A DNA stretch of 63,609 bases, filler included, from Cercozoa sp. M6MM (Eukaryota > Protista > Endomyxa: Ascetosporea): assembly GCA_040357565.1 (NCBI GenBank). It is 10 parts of 10 records of this genome, joined end to end, with 100 filler letters (N's around TTAATTAATTAA, not from the genome) between each part and the next. Parts side by side here need not be neighbours in the genome. Positions count along the whole stretch, not along the records: positions 10,030 to 17,205 come from JBDODJ010000648.1; positions 17,306 to 31,252 come from JBDODJ010000343.1; 8 more parts are not named here. One strand, given 5' to 3'. Positions 12,524 to 25,169 of this stretch are shown piece by piece (position 1 is the stretch's first letter; the number at the start of each line of letters is the position of its first letter). The position numbers and the translations under genes were made by a program. The notes under the pieces were generated by a model, which saw only the letters and a program-made list of their open reading frames with translations, ran no database searches and had not been told where the DNA came from.

Positions 12524-13665
12524 CTATAGGCCGAGATCATCGACAACGTCATCGGTACTGGCGCCGTAAGTGTCCAGCAGCGAGGGCGCGTCCAGCTCGT
12601 CCATCTCGGGGATCTCGTCGACCGCCGACGACGAGGACACAGAGGCCGTCGTCTCTCGCAAGGCACGCGCGCGGCGCTCGCGCTTGCGCTCGAGTTCCTT
12701 CTCGGCCTGCTCGACCTGCTTCTTGTCCTGGATCTTTTTGAGTCGGAAGGTCTCCTCGCGCCGCTTCTCCTCCAGCGACAGACGAATGAAGCGCAGCGTC
12801 GCCTTGATCTTCGGAATCACCACGAACTCCAGCGCGTTCACGCGCCGGTTCGTCACCTGCAAACACAAAGCAACTCGACTCATTAACTCAACTCAACTCA
12901 ACTCAACTTATAACAACTCAACTCAAGCAAAGCAAATCCAAACTAAAAAAAAACGAAAAACGCACCTTGAGTGCTTCGTCAATCGCGAGGAGCTGCGTCT
13001 GGAGCGTGCCGAGTGCAACCAGAACGTCGACACACTCGGCAAACTTATTGCGACAGTCGGCGATCTTGCGACCGCCCTTGGCGAGACCGAGCGTCGTCTC
13101 GTCGTTCACCGCGTCCTGCAAGCACAAAGCGAAATAACTTTGAAATCAAAAAGCAAAAGGCTTCGAAGCAAAACACTTTCAAGCAAACGCGCACCTTGTC
13201 TTTGCGAAAGGCAGGAATCTTGACGCCCGTCAGGTTTTCAGTCTGCGTGACAATGCGGGAGGACGGCGGGCCGGCCACGGAGTTGATCACGAGGTCGTTG
13301 AAGTCGCCAGCAGCGTGCTCGGCGCGAATGTGCGCCAGAATCGCCGCCTGGAAGACATTGCCCATCTGCTGCTTGGCCTCGAGGATCTTTTGCAGCAGAC
13401 CTGCCCGGCAAAGTTTCGTTTCACACGCGAAAACTCACAAAAGCTATCAAAGCAAAACTGACTGCGTACCATGCAGACGCGACTTGAGCGCATCGCTCTT
13501 CTTCTTCAGCAAGCGATGGCCCGTCTGCGCTGACTTGAGTCTTGTCTCAAACTGCGCTTTCACCCTACAGAGCAGCAGAAACTCAAAACGCGTCGTATTT
13601 TTGTATTTTGGGTGTTTTGCAACTTACATGCGCGACGGGAAGCACTGATAGCGGTCGACACTCAT
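12524..13665 (-). CDS. ATP6V1D: V-type ATPase subunit D
   Basis: FPSRM..RLKSAQTGHRLLKKKSDAL, ENLTGVKIP, GLAKGG, DEALKVTNRRVNALEFVVIPK, EEKRREETFRLKKIQDKK. Confidence 0.96.
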
Positions 13666-13876
13666 TGGACGTTCTGTGTTCTTCCACTACTGACCAACAA
13701 CAATTTCTCCTGCGTCCAACACTCTGCCAGGCGTCTAAGCTTCCTGGGAGCGAGAAAACTGCAGGAGCCGCCTGAAAAACGTGCGAATCGGCTCTCCGGC
13801 TCAATACGAGGCCGAGCCACCCGAGAAACGTGTTTAGGCAAAGGCGTGTAAGCCAGTGCGTGCAACAAATGCTTTC

Positions 13877-15380
13877 ATGCTTCTAGTGTTACTTATAACG
13901 GGCATAACGATTTGGGTATCTGCCCAGCTGTTTCGATGGTGTTCGCGATCGACGCGGCAAGCCGCAAAGCCTGAGGTAGCCCCGCGGCCAGTTTCGCGCG
14001 AATTCACGTTGCAAGAGCTTCAAGAGCACAATGGCGTGCAGAAGGTACGAAAAACCTTGGTCAGAGTGTTTTAATCTAGTTGTATTTTGAACAGGAGCAA
14101 ATCTTCCTGTGCGTGAGAGGTAAGGTGCTGGATGTCACTGCTGGCAAACGTTTTTACGGACCAGGTTCCTCATATGCACACTTTGCCGGTCGAGGTATGT
14201 ATCTACTTTTTACTTTTTTAAACTCCAATGCACGACCTTCCACAGATGTGACCTACGCCTTCGCGATGGACTCGTTGGAGCCGTCGGATGCCGAAAAAAC
14301 CTGCGATTTGACAAAACTGACGTCGATGCAGCGCGATCGCGTGCTCCAGTGGGAGTCGCAACTGACTGCGAAATACCCGCAGGTCGGCACTCTCAAAACA
14401 CCTGCCGTTTCGCCTGCCGAAACTAAGGAGAACTCACCGGCAGCCGCGCCGGCCAAAGCGTGTCCCTTCAGTCTCAAGTCCGCCAGCCAGGAGTCCAAAC
14501 AAACAGAAGCTCAGCCAGCAAAATGCCCTTTCGCTCAACAAGCACAACCGACGTTTTTTGTCGACGAAGAATCCTTGAAAGAACTCTCGCTTTCGGAACT
14601 GCGAAATGGTACTTAGCTTCACAGCTCAATACAGCTTTCACAGTCTTGCTTTTAGATAGCTTTTGGGTTTATTTTAATTTCGCAATCAGGAAGCTACGTT
14701 GCGCTGCGAGGCCTCGTGTTTGACGTGTCCGGTCAACCGAACTTCGAACAAGGCACGCTGAGTCGCTGTGTGGGTCATGACATTTCGTATTTTGTGGCGA
14801 CTGGCGCCACTGATCTCTCGCTGCTTGATCGTAGCATTGACGGTCTGACTTATCAACAGACAGCGGAACTTGAAGCCTGGTTTCGCAAGTTCTACACGAG
14901 GTAAATTTACTGTATTTTGTTGTATTCATTCTTTAACTTTCGATTGCTGGAGACAACCTGGTTTTTCTTCAGTCTGCCGACAGTGGGCAAACTGGCCGAG
15001 AACGTGCTGAGTGGTGCATGTGCCGCCTACACAGTGAAGGAGAACGCTGACACGACGCCGCTCGTGACACAGATCGAAACTGCCAACAGTCTTGCCGAGA
15101 TCGATTTTGATCGCGCTGATGTGAACGAGCCTTGCCCACGGACTGGCATGTCGCCGCTTCATGTGGCTGTACTTTGCAACCGCGTCGACGTGGTCCGAGA
15201 GCTTTTGCGCCGTGGCGCTGAAACTCAGGTTAAAGCTGAGGTACGGTTTTTGTTTTGCTTTGCCTGACTAATCGCCATCATGTGTGATGAGAGCAGCTGT
15301 ATGACGGCCAGACGCCGTTGGAGCTCGCGAAGCGCTTCAAACACAGCGAGATTGAGCGTGCTTTTCAGGTCATCGACTGA
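13877..15380 (+). CDS. Membrane-anchored MAPR/cytochrome b5-like protein with a second b5-like domain and ankyrin repeats
   Basis: N-terminal hydrophobic helix; FTLQELQEHNG..VRGKVLDVT..FYGPGSSYAHFAGRD; second LRGLVFDVS..VGHDIS; ankyrin GMSPLHVAV and GQTPLELA. Confidence 0.85.
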
Positions 15381-15424
15381 TGTCGTGTCCGCGCGGAAGT
15401 GAAAAAAGTAGTTTTCGCCAAAGT

Positions 15425-15591
15425 TAGTTACGTTAGTTGAGTCTTCTAGGAAACCAACTATGTAGTCCCCCTGCACCAGTCTGGGGTGGGTCACAAGAGC
15501 ATGGCCGTGTCTACCGCCCGCTTAGGGTAGGACCATACAACTCCCCTTTTGACGTTCCCCAGACACCGAAGTCGACTTCAAGGTTGGTGCA
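15425..15591. repeat. Dispersed structured repeat, copy 1
   Basis: About 96% identical (about 6 differences by eye) to 43901-44066; partial inverted copy at 29110-29195. Confidence 0.9.
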
Positions 15592-15634
15592 GGTAGCGGG
15601 CTACAACACAACAAGGATTTCGGTTCAGATACTC

Positions 15635-15795
15635 CTCCAGATGCGATTTTACTCAGTATCTCATGAGATACACACCAGATGCCGACTGGATTTGAGTTAC
15701 GCTTCAGATGCGCACATCGAGGCCGTATCTCGGAGGTAACTCGCTCCAGATGCGCACATCGAGGCCGTATCTCGTAGGTAACTCACTCCAGATGC
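15635..15795. repeat. 42-bp minisatellite (CAGATGCGCACATCGAGGCCGTATCTCGGAGGTAACTCGCTC), 2 intact plus degenerate units
   Basis: Direct repeats at 15706 and 15748; CAGATGC cores also near 15638, 15676 and 15789. Confidence 0.8.
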
Positions 15796-16281
15796 TCAAG
15801 CCGGTACGCACTGTCAGATAAGTCGCCAGGTACGGTTGAGATACCAGTGCTGGTACAGATGCTCATGTAGAGTTGTACGTACATGTGCACGTCGGTTGCA
15901 GGCTTTATAATTAGTTTAAACGAATCACCAACGTTGTAATTTACAGTGAGAAAATTCCGGACTTGGCCTTCGCTAACAGACAGTTTTAAATGTGATGTAA
16001 CATAGTTATCTGCCATCGATAACACTCGCGCTAGCGCTGTCGTGCAAGGTTTCATGCGGGTACCCAGACAGAGAAGTGTACATGCCCAAGTCACGCTATG
16101 ATCTGGAGGCACCCTCCTTGCACGGCACAAGTAAATTAAACTGATATGCCCGTATCGCACAAGGTTGAATGAACCAGCCACACGTTGAGGTGACCAGCAG
16201 GTTTTGTCAAATTAAAACGACCAAAGACAGCAAACTTGCGACAGGTACCACTTCGAGCGACTCGTGGAGGGCTTGACGCAG

Positions 16282-17100
16282 CTAGGAATCCTTGGTGTTC
16301 GAATTCAATGCACCAATTTGCCTGTGTCTTGGTTGTCGAGGTTTAACCTGACAAACACACGAAGACAGGGTCGGATCAAGATACTGTGAATGCAGATACT
16401 GTACAGTGCCGTTTGTCAAGAGCGACTGTTGCCCATTGTGACGTAGAGAAGTCTCCGTGTCGACACACATACCGTCGACAAAGCAATACACACTTCAACA
16501 ACGTGGATGCGGCCGTCCCCGACTTCGACGGTGCAAACGTTTGAAATGCGCTTGCGAGTGCTACTCTGAGCGCCGAAACTTGCACAAGAACCGAAGCGAA
16601 CACCACCAATGTCAATGTCACTAATACACGTGTGTTACTGCCTGCGACAGTGTAATTCTTCTTCGTCCAGTGCCGGCACACGCAATCTTTCGCCTGCTTG
16701 TTGAAGAATGTGTCCTTTGTTTTGCCCTGTCGGATATAAACTGCACCCGGAAAGCCAACAGATGCATAGTATTGAAGTATTTAGAAAGACGTGCAGTTCT
16801 CGCACGACTTGAAACGATTCGCTGTCCGAGCTTAATTCAGCGCTAACCAATAGAAGCAGACATGCACCGAAAAGTTGCATTTAGCACTGCACAATACCCA
16901 GTTCGCTCATGTGGAAGTGTTCGCATTTCAAACAGCCAATGATACGTGCGTCGAGCCACGGTGTTAGCGTCGTGCTCTGTCGCAGAAGTAGCACGCGAAA
17001 AATCTGTCAATGTAGTATCGGACAGCATGGCTTGCATGGAAGCTGCCTGTTTGGGGTCCGACAGCTTCAAAACCCGGGTGCACTACAGAAACTATACCTG
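16282..17100 (-). CDS. Hypothetical multi-exon gene, 5' truncated
   Basis: Exon-like frames bounded by GT/AG; no family recognised; limits approximate. Confidence 0.3.
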
Positions 17101-17170
17101 AAGTAGGTTATTATGGTCTAAGTCAGCCGTTGCAATTGGTGCATTGAATTCACCTTGTATGCATATGTGG

Positions 17171-17205
<35 letters not shown>

Positions 17206-17305
17206 NNNNNNNNNNNNNNNNNNNNNNNNNNNNNNNNNNNNNNNNNNNNTTAATTAATTAANNNNNNNNNNNNNNNNNNNNNNNNNNNNNNNNNNNNNNN
17301 NNNNN

Positions 17306-17534
17306 CCACTTGTCGCGAATGCTGGTCTGCCACTTGCGACTCCAGTCCGGTTTGTCAGCAATGGCATTGCGCAGCTGGTTGAGACATTGCTCTACCAGCG
17401 ACTGGGAGAAACAAGAATTTCCCACAGGTAGCCATCCAAAAACAAAAGAAAGCGGGACACGATACCTTCGGATAAAATCCAATGCCGTAATTTCCGTAAT
17501 GGAACGGAGTGGGGAAGTACAACTTCTTTGACAT
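17306..17534 (-). CDS. DUF4246-family protein, N-terminal fragment
   Basis: Spliced MSKKLYFPTPFHYGNYGIGFYPK|SLVEQCLNQLRNAIADKPDWSRKWQTSIRDKW matches the family pattern L.NAI.DKPDW.RK....I..KW; cut by linker. Confidence 0.65.
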
Positions 17535-17822
17535 CGGACTGGCTGGATTCTGGGGAACACAATAACGGTCACAGTATTTAAAAAAAAAACGATGAAAACT
17601 CAACTGAGGCCCACCTATGAAACTAACTGTAGACCGAAATAATAATGTACAGTTTTGTGCCACAAAATCAACAATCGATCTCAGATCTGCTTTCTATTGT
17701 GTTTTTTTGGCGGGTCGGTATTATTATTTTTTGACCAACTCGTCCTTTCATCAACGTGTTGCAAAAGGGCGAGAGGGGGCTAAGAACCGGTGTTATGATG
17801 TAACGGTGCCACATGTGAGCTG

Positions 17823-18059
17823 TCAGTGCCGGGATCGCGAGTACTGCTTGACGCAGAATTCAATGAAGTTTGAATCGAGCGACAGAGAGTTCTCAGAACT
17901 TCGAGACTGCGACAGTACAGTGTACACGTGGAATGACGGGCAAAACGAAACCAACTTTAATTTTGGTATCACTACCTGAGAGCAGGATGATAGGTCGTAC
18001 ATACTGACCTGCGTATTGAAACTGCGACTTGACACTGCATCACACAAACAGAACGTGTG

Positions 18060-18114
<55 letters not shown>

Positions 18115-19550
18115 ACTCGAGTGTTGTCAAGTTGTACCCGAGCAGGTTGAGAATCCTGACTGCGTTGATGCAGCTTCTTGAGAGCTCTGCGCAACACATG
18201 CGAACTTGCGCAGACAAGCAAAGTTGGGCACTTCATGGCCGTGAGCCCAAGAGAGACAAGGCTCACCTCAGCGGTCAGAGAGTTCTCAGCGCTCACGCTG
18301 TCTTCACTGTCCGTAAAGAAGGGACATGCGACTGACACATCTGCTGCTGTCTTGTAGTCCTCGGGGAGGTCATGCACGCCCTACCAATACACACTCACAT
18401 GTCTCGTAGACAAAGATGTATTGCTAGTACCTCCAAGGACGGGAATACGGGTTTCTCGAAGTTTCCTGGAGCACATATACACACAGCACATGCACAGAAC
18501 ACATTGCGTCGACGCATGTGAGTGAGCAAGTAAAGTACCTAGTGTACACCGACGTGTGCAGTGGTACGGCGTCAGATTCAGCTCCTCGGGTATGCCTGTG
18601 CTCATTCCAGTAAAAGCACACCTGTGAAACTAAGAAAGGATACCTTGGTTGCAGACAGGTTCCTTCAAGTCCTCATACTCACTGCCGCCACTGACAGAAG
18701 CAGCTGCAAGGAACATACTCGTAAATATTTACACGAATTAACCAAGTGGCATCGAATACATCATACCGTCAATGTCGGCACCGTTGTATTCGTCGTCTTC
18801 GTATCGATACACGATGGTCGAGGGGGTGTTTGTCGTTGATTCGGCTGCGATGACACACAAACATTCGTACTGTAAACAAAAACAACACTGCATGAAACAA
18901 GCGCACCTAGCATATCTTTTGTGCCGAAAAGCTCGTCCAAGTCGATCTCTTTCGCCTCCTGCTGGGCCGGTGCAGGTGTCGATGTCAGAGCAGTGTGGTT
19001 TGAGTCTAGCGCACACGCACACCATAGTGACTAGACACAGACGGAAAGAACTCGGAGAACGACTCACTATCGTTGCTATCGCCGAACTCTTTCATGAGCA
19101 TCGTGCCAAGCCACACGTGCACTTCAGCTTCCTGTAATTGCGAAAAATGTTTCCATCAGTTCATTCAACAATACAACGCAATTTTTTGAAGCTCACATCA
19201 ATTTGGGCGGTAGTTTGCTGACGACGTTTTTCGGCTTCCTCCTGTCGAATATACCGAACAGAATCCAAAGCAGGTTGACAAAAGATTCGATGGAAATTAT
19301 ACCGCAACGGCGAGAGCAGTCTGCATCAGCTGCAGCTGTCGTTGCATTCTAACTACAGCCATGCGCAGTGCGGCCGTGCTCGAAAAAACGTTTGCACCTG
19401 CACAGCCGAGACACGGACACAGCGCAACAAAGAAAGCATGCTCACTCAGTCAACACGCACAGGACCAAGCAATCTTACCAAACATGCTTTGCTTTTCTTT
19501 GAGTTTTCCTTTTGATCAGGATCTGAGCGGTGAATGCTCGTCTTGCTGCA
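17823..19550 (-). CDS. Hypothetical Ser/acidic-rich multi-exon protein
   Basis: At least nine exons join in frame via GT-AG introns (e.g. EAKEIDLDELFG, YRYEDDEYNGADID, GNFEKPVFPSLE); ends uncertain. Confidence 0.5.
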
Positions 19551-20449
19551 TTCGCAACACCAGAAACATACAAAAAGAAGGTAAACTTGCTTGCTTTGCA
19601 CTCATTTGAGCAGCTGGAAAGTGTATGTGCTAAATGCAGAGCGAGAACAATAGTCGCTGGTCACGGTCAAGAAACGCCACACAACAAAACCGACCTCGAA
19701 AAACAAACAGCCCATCCCCAGAAACGCAGCCTATGACTGACCAATGGGTGCATCAAAGGCAGTATGAGTACTGATGTACCGTACGCTATGCGTTGTGTCG
19801 TCTAAAGCTACACAGAACTGTTTTGTGCCCTGAGGGCTCAAGTTGGGGAGCCGATATTTTGGTAGGCATCCTTGTCTACACTAAATGGCTGCTCGGGTAC
19901 AAAAATACGCTAACTAGTGTGCATAGAGACTGTGGGGCGCATCACAAAGCCGATCGGTATGCAGGCGGCATTCCTCTGGGTTAACCGCTTTGTCTTGCCT
20001 TTCTTCTTGACTTCTTTCGCTTCTTTGATCAAAAAAGAAGGTCTCGGGGCACAAATGGCACTGCTGGATTCATGCTGCAATTTAGGGCTTTAAACACGAC
20101 TACGAAACCTTTCGTACTAATTCCAATTTGTCTGATTGCTCAAATTCTCTAATCGGTCACTTTTTCCTGCAGCGCCCGTTTTTGTTTTTTCTTGGGGTTT
20201 GAGCCGGCGCAGTCACGTCAGTCGAGTTGCTTCTGTACTAGCACAGCGCACACCTAAATCGCGGATAAGACGACAGCAAGCGATCGCCCGTTCCACGTTT
20301 GTTCGGACGCGGAGGGTGGGGGGTCGCTAGACAGCAAGGGAGTCTGCGAGGACGCGTAGTGAACGACCTCGACCTTAAATGACGCATGTTTGACGGCTTC
20401 GTGTCGCCAAACTTCAACGCTCTTAGAGGACTGAACTTACTAACTGACT

Positions 20450-23400
20450 ATCCGTTTGGTTAGAAGTCGGCCCGCAGCGCTTCCAGGAAAGCCGCAGTTT
20501 TTTCAGCACGGTGAGCACGTGCCAATCGCACCGTCTCTTGGTCGAAACCGTCAAGTCCAGTATCACCGACGACACCTTCGACGAGTTCGAGCGACTGCAG
20601 TGCTTGCACCAGCGGCACCAAGTGCTCCTGGTTCAGGGCAAAACAAAAGTGAAAGAAAACACACCGAAACAGAAGCCGTTGATACCTCTGCTTCGGGCAG
20701 CGACTTGCGTGTCATCTTGGCGGCAAGAGACAGCACGAAACGCAGCACCGGCAGCGAGTGGCATAGCTGCACATACGTGAGACACACGATGTAGGTCAAG
20801 GTGTACACCTTTAGAGAGATGTAGGTGTGTACCAACGGCTCACTGTCAAGCGACAGCGACGATAGCATCTGGGACACGTGCGACACGGCCTGCTGCAGTG
20901 CCGTCGAGTTTTTATCGGCGAGTGACTGCAGCGTGGCACGTGCCAGGTGCCAAGCCGCAGTGGACACACCGGATGAGTGGTGCCACATGTCACTGTCACC
21001 GTCTTCAGCGTTGATGCGATCAATCTGGTTTCTCAGTCCATTCAGGTCTCGCGACAGCAGTGCACGTGCGCTACAACACACACACACACACATAGACACA
21101 GACACACACACACACGCACAAACAGACACACAGACACACAGACACACACTTGGTTTCAGCGCTATCACATCGCTGAGGTCAAAGTACCAAAGCACATCGC
21201 GACGCAGCGTGCGCACCAGTCGCAGTACAGCAGCATCGCTGACTCGAGCGTTCATGCGATCACTCAGAGTCGTGCCACTGGCCCTGTATGTACTTCAGTT
21301 GCGCCGCGTCACATCCCAAAATACAAAGCCTAAAAATAAAAAAAGCAACGTACAGGCGATCAAACGCGAAGTGCGCCGTGCCGTACAAAGCCGCGTTTCG
21401 CACTCGTTCCAGCGCAATGTGCGACGACTCCAACACTCGCACGACGCGACTGTTCTCGCAGTGCGACCACAACTGTACACGTACATTCAAATAAGCGAGC
21501 AGCAGGTGTAAAGCAAAAAGGAAAGCGCACCTGCGAAGTGTCACTGGTATTTTCCAAAGCATCGTCGAGCTTTTTGAGCGCCTTCTCGCCGTATTTTTCG
21601 AAACGCCAGCGCTCCCTCATGTCCTCTGCATCAATTGTACAGTACAAACGGCTTCAAGAACGTCCCTTTAACCAAAGCAACGTACCGGCATCCTCTTCGA
21701 CTGGTCGTTCCACCTTGCCACCAGCAGGAGCGAATTCGCCTTTGTCCAGTGCAACGTTCGGCCTGTGTTTGATTGACTACTTCCAAAATCACCAACGGCC
21801 AAAGCGAGCTTTACTCAAAGGTGTCGATCCACTGACGCACGCAGCGCAGCACACACATCGAACGCGACGCGAACAAGCGACTTTGCGAATACCGACACAT
21901 GACAGAACAAGCATTTCGACAAGGCAGTGTGGAGGTACTTGGCAAAGTCGACAAACTCCGACGCCTTGTGCACATCTGTCAAAACACCCAATACAACAGA
22001 GTCAACAAGAATCTACATCGCAAAAACTACGGCCTTCGCGCAGCGCAGCGCACCGGAACTCGGAACTTTCCAGTCGGTGCTGTGCGTGGTACTGCTCTAG
22101 TCTGCAAAACAACCAATCAAAGCAGAAAAAACCGGGAAACCGCAACAAAACGTGTCGATACCGTTCATGCAGCGACAGAAGCACGTGGTGTTCACATTGC
22201 TCCACGGCATCGAACAACACAAGTGGCGACAACGACTCCAGCTGTTACACAAAATAATGAGGCAAATAAGCCCTCCCCCAAAAATCGGTACAGTGGTCAT
22301 ACCAGGACCGAGCGCACGTCGAGGCGTTCAAATTCGCACAAAGCGGCAGCAACACCCACAGTGGCACACAGCGAGCGCAGCTGTGGAAGCACAATGCAGT
22401 TTCACCCAAATACGTTTGGTTTGCAAAAGCAGGCAACAGTACCAGCAAAAGACGCAGCTGCGTGTCGTTCGGCGTCTTTTCGAGCGCCGTTCGCAACAGT
22501 GTTTGTGCCTCGGCGTGTTTGTTGGCCTGGCGTTGTGGGAACAGTCACAAAGAAGACAAAAAGAACAAACAAAAAAGGACACCTTGATGAGCAGGAGGGC
22601 AGCGCACAAGTTCAGTGCGCCAGTGTCGACACCTTCGTCGCTGCTCTTGATATATTCAGTCCACTGACTGACGGTACGATCGATCAGATCATCGTCAATG
22701 CTGTCGCTGGCGAGAATGGCGTGCGCCGTTAGTTTGGCACGTGTGCCACTGACCCTGGCGGTGTCGTCACTGACCAAATCATCAGCCGCGATACCGTCGC
22801 TTAGTGCGAAGGCAATGTCCGAGTAGCACGAGGCCTTGTGTGCGCTGTGCTGAACAATTTCGCGCAGCACCCGATTGCGCTCTGTTCTCATAGAGAATTG
22901 AACTGAAACTACCCCTCCCCACTGATCAGTCAAAGAAACATACCCTCAGTGTCGTTGCTCTGCACAGCAAGCATCAGGCGCACGATTCGCACATTTCGGT
23001 GGCACTTGTGCTGCTCCAGAATCGACTCATCGACGGATTCGCCCAGAAAAACCAAAGTTTGCAACGGCGCAATGTCCTCCTTGCACTGCAACAACCAATC
23101 TGAATTCCTCGACCATCCAAAGGCAAGTTTCAATTTTACCAAACACGCGAGTGAGCGACAGGTCGAAAACAAAGCAGCGCGCGTTTCCTCTGAGTCGTCC
23201 ACGCGCATGCGGTGCTGCTCAAGAAACTCTGTCTTCAGAACCGAACTTTGAGCCACTTTAAAAGTACCTGCAACACGCGATAGAGCAAACGCAGCAAACG
23301 CTCGTTTTCACCGCGATTGTTCTCCAAGAATTCGCACGATTCCACCAGAGCGTCCTTGTTCTGAATAGAAAAAGTGCAACGCGGGCATAAACTCTGTTCA

Positions 23401-24786
23401 GCGACCATACCAGGCTGCGACAGAAGGCGTCGACAACGAGATAAACTGCGTTCTCCTGCAAACAAAACGAATGCATTGATGAAGGAAAAACGAAAGAAAC
23501 AACGAAAACGCACAAACTGCGAGTGTGTCGCATCGATTTTCGCAAGTGATTTCCACAAAAACGTGCGCAGCAACTTTTCCTTTCTGTTTAAAACAACAAA
23601 CGATGCGTCAAATTGCAGAGTTTTTTTTCCAGAAGTGTCCCTCACCTTTCATCGCGCATGTTTTCGACGTACTGCCGCGTCAAAGTGAAGAGTTTCCACG
23701 CCACTTGTTTCTCGTCCGTCGACTGCAGAATTGATTTTCTTTTCCTAAGAAAACAAAAACACAGCAAAACAACGTACGATTTTGAGAATGGCATCAGCCA
23801 CCTTGCCGGCACGTGCTAAGCAAAGCGCGGAAAATGAAAACACGTATTGAGAGAAAGGGGGGAAACCCACCGAACTCATCAGCCAGCACAAGTGCGTAAA
23901 ACAGCGAAACTTGCGATTGCAAAGTTGGGCTGTCGACGTACACGAATAAATAACTGACACAGACCAAAGCGAAACGAAGAAGCCCACCTCTGCTTAACGT
24001 TGGCAGCGCACAGGTCCACGACGGCCTGACGCTCGCCCAGCTTGGCCAGAACGTCGTGCGCCGCGCGCAGCAGCTGCAGTTCCTTAACGCCTTGAATTGC
24101 AGGAAGAAAAGTAATCCAAAACACAAGAATTGAAAGATCATAAGACACCTTGGACAGCAGCTTGTGCACACAGCATGGCATCCTTGCGTGCACCTGTTGT
24201 TTCAGATTGGTCTGATAAACGACATACGATTAGGCAAAGTACCGACTCGATCGCGCGGGTTGCGGAAGTAGCGCTACAAGCACAATCTCTCTTACAAAAC
24301 TTTGAGATGACATCAAAAAGAAAGGACGCTACAGCGTGTGCGCGGAATGCGAGAAGCAGCGGGTGCGGTCCAAAACTAAGCACAGGTACTGAACACATGG
24401 GAGATACAGAGGAAAGCAATAACAAATACCGAGCAAACTGCTCGGCGAACATCTTGTCGATCTTGTTTGTCTTTTGATTCGGCTACCGGCACAGTGAGAA
24501 GTGTCGGATCATTCCAATCTGGTCAAAAAGCTAGCTACCCGCTGCAACTCCGTCTCAAGTTTCTGGACTCGGCGAATCACGACGTTCGGATTGACCTGTG
24601 TGTTCCACTCTGGAAAGCTCTAACATTGCCTAAACATCGGCACACCTTAGCTTCAGCAGCAAGCACGGCAGCGACGTCATAGCGAGCTTCCGCGTGGACA
24701 CTACCGCTCTTCGCGACATGCTGATCGGTCGCGGGAGTAGCTGCGCGAGCAGCCTTACTGGACTTCTTACCACGCTTGCGCGCCAT
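20450..24786 (-). CDS. Large hypothetical, probably helical, multi-exon protein
   Basis: Start MARKRGKKSSK; many exons separated by T-rich GT-AG introns; no domain recognised; 3' end approximate. Confidence 0.5.
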
Positions 24787-25169
24787 CAAACTCTACACAC
24801 ACAGCCAGGACGCCGTTCAATGCACCCTAGGGTACACTACTATCAAGCTCTGTTTTCTTTTTCTTATTTGTTTTTGTGCTACTGTACAGTACAGTACTGT
24901 ACTGTTCATTGTTTTTTCATTGATTTGAGAGCACTTAGAGTTTGCCGTGCAGAAAATGAGGTTTTTGCCGCTTTAAAGTCTGTTAGACAGAAAAACGGAA
25001 CCTAGTTTCGCCGCTGTTTCGCACGTTTCTCGCCGGGTGGCTTTGGCGAAACGCCAGATGTAAACTGTAACCACGCCTTTGGGTGCTTTCGGATTTGACG
25101 CTTTTGGGAGCTTTGAAAGTGACTACAGACAGATGTCCAAAGAGGCGTCGCATGATAGCGACTTTTTTG

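Noticed and set aside
15706-15790. CRISPR-like direct repeats
   Set aside because: Units are contiguous with no unique spacers, there are no cas genes, and the context is eukaryotic.
16066-16090. U6 snRNA-like ACAGAGAAG...CATGCCC
   Set aside because: No AGC triad or internal stem-loop match; likely chance.
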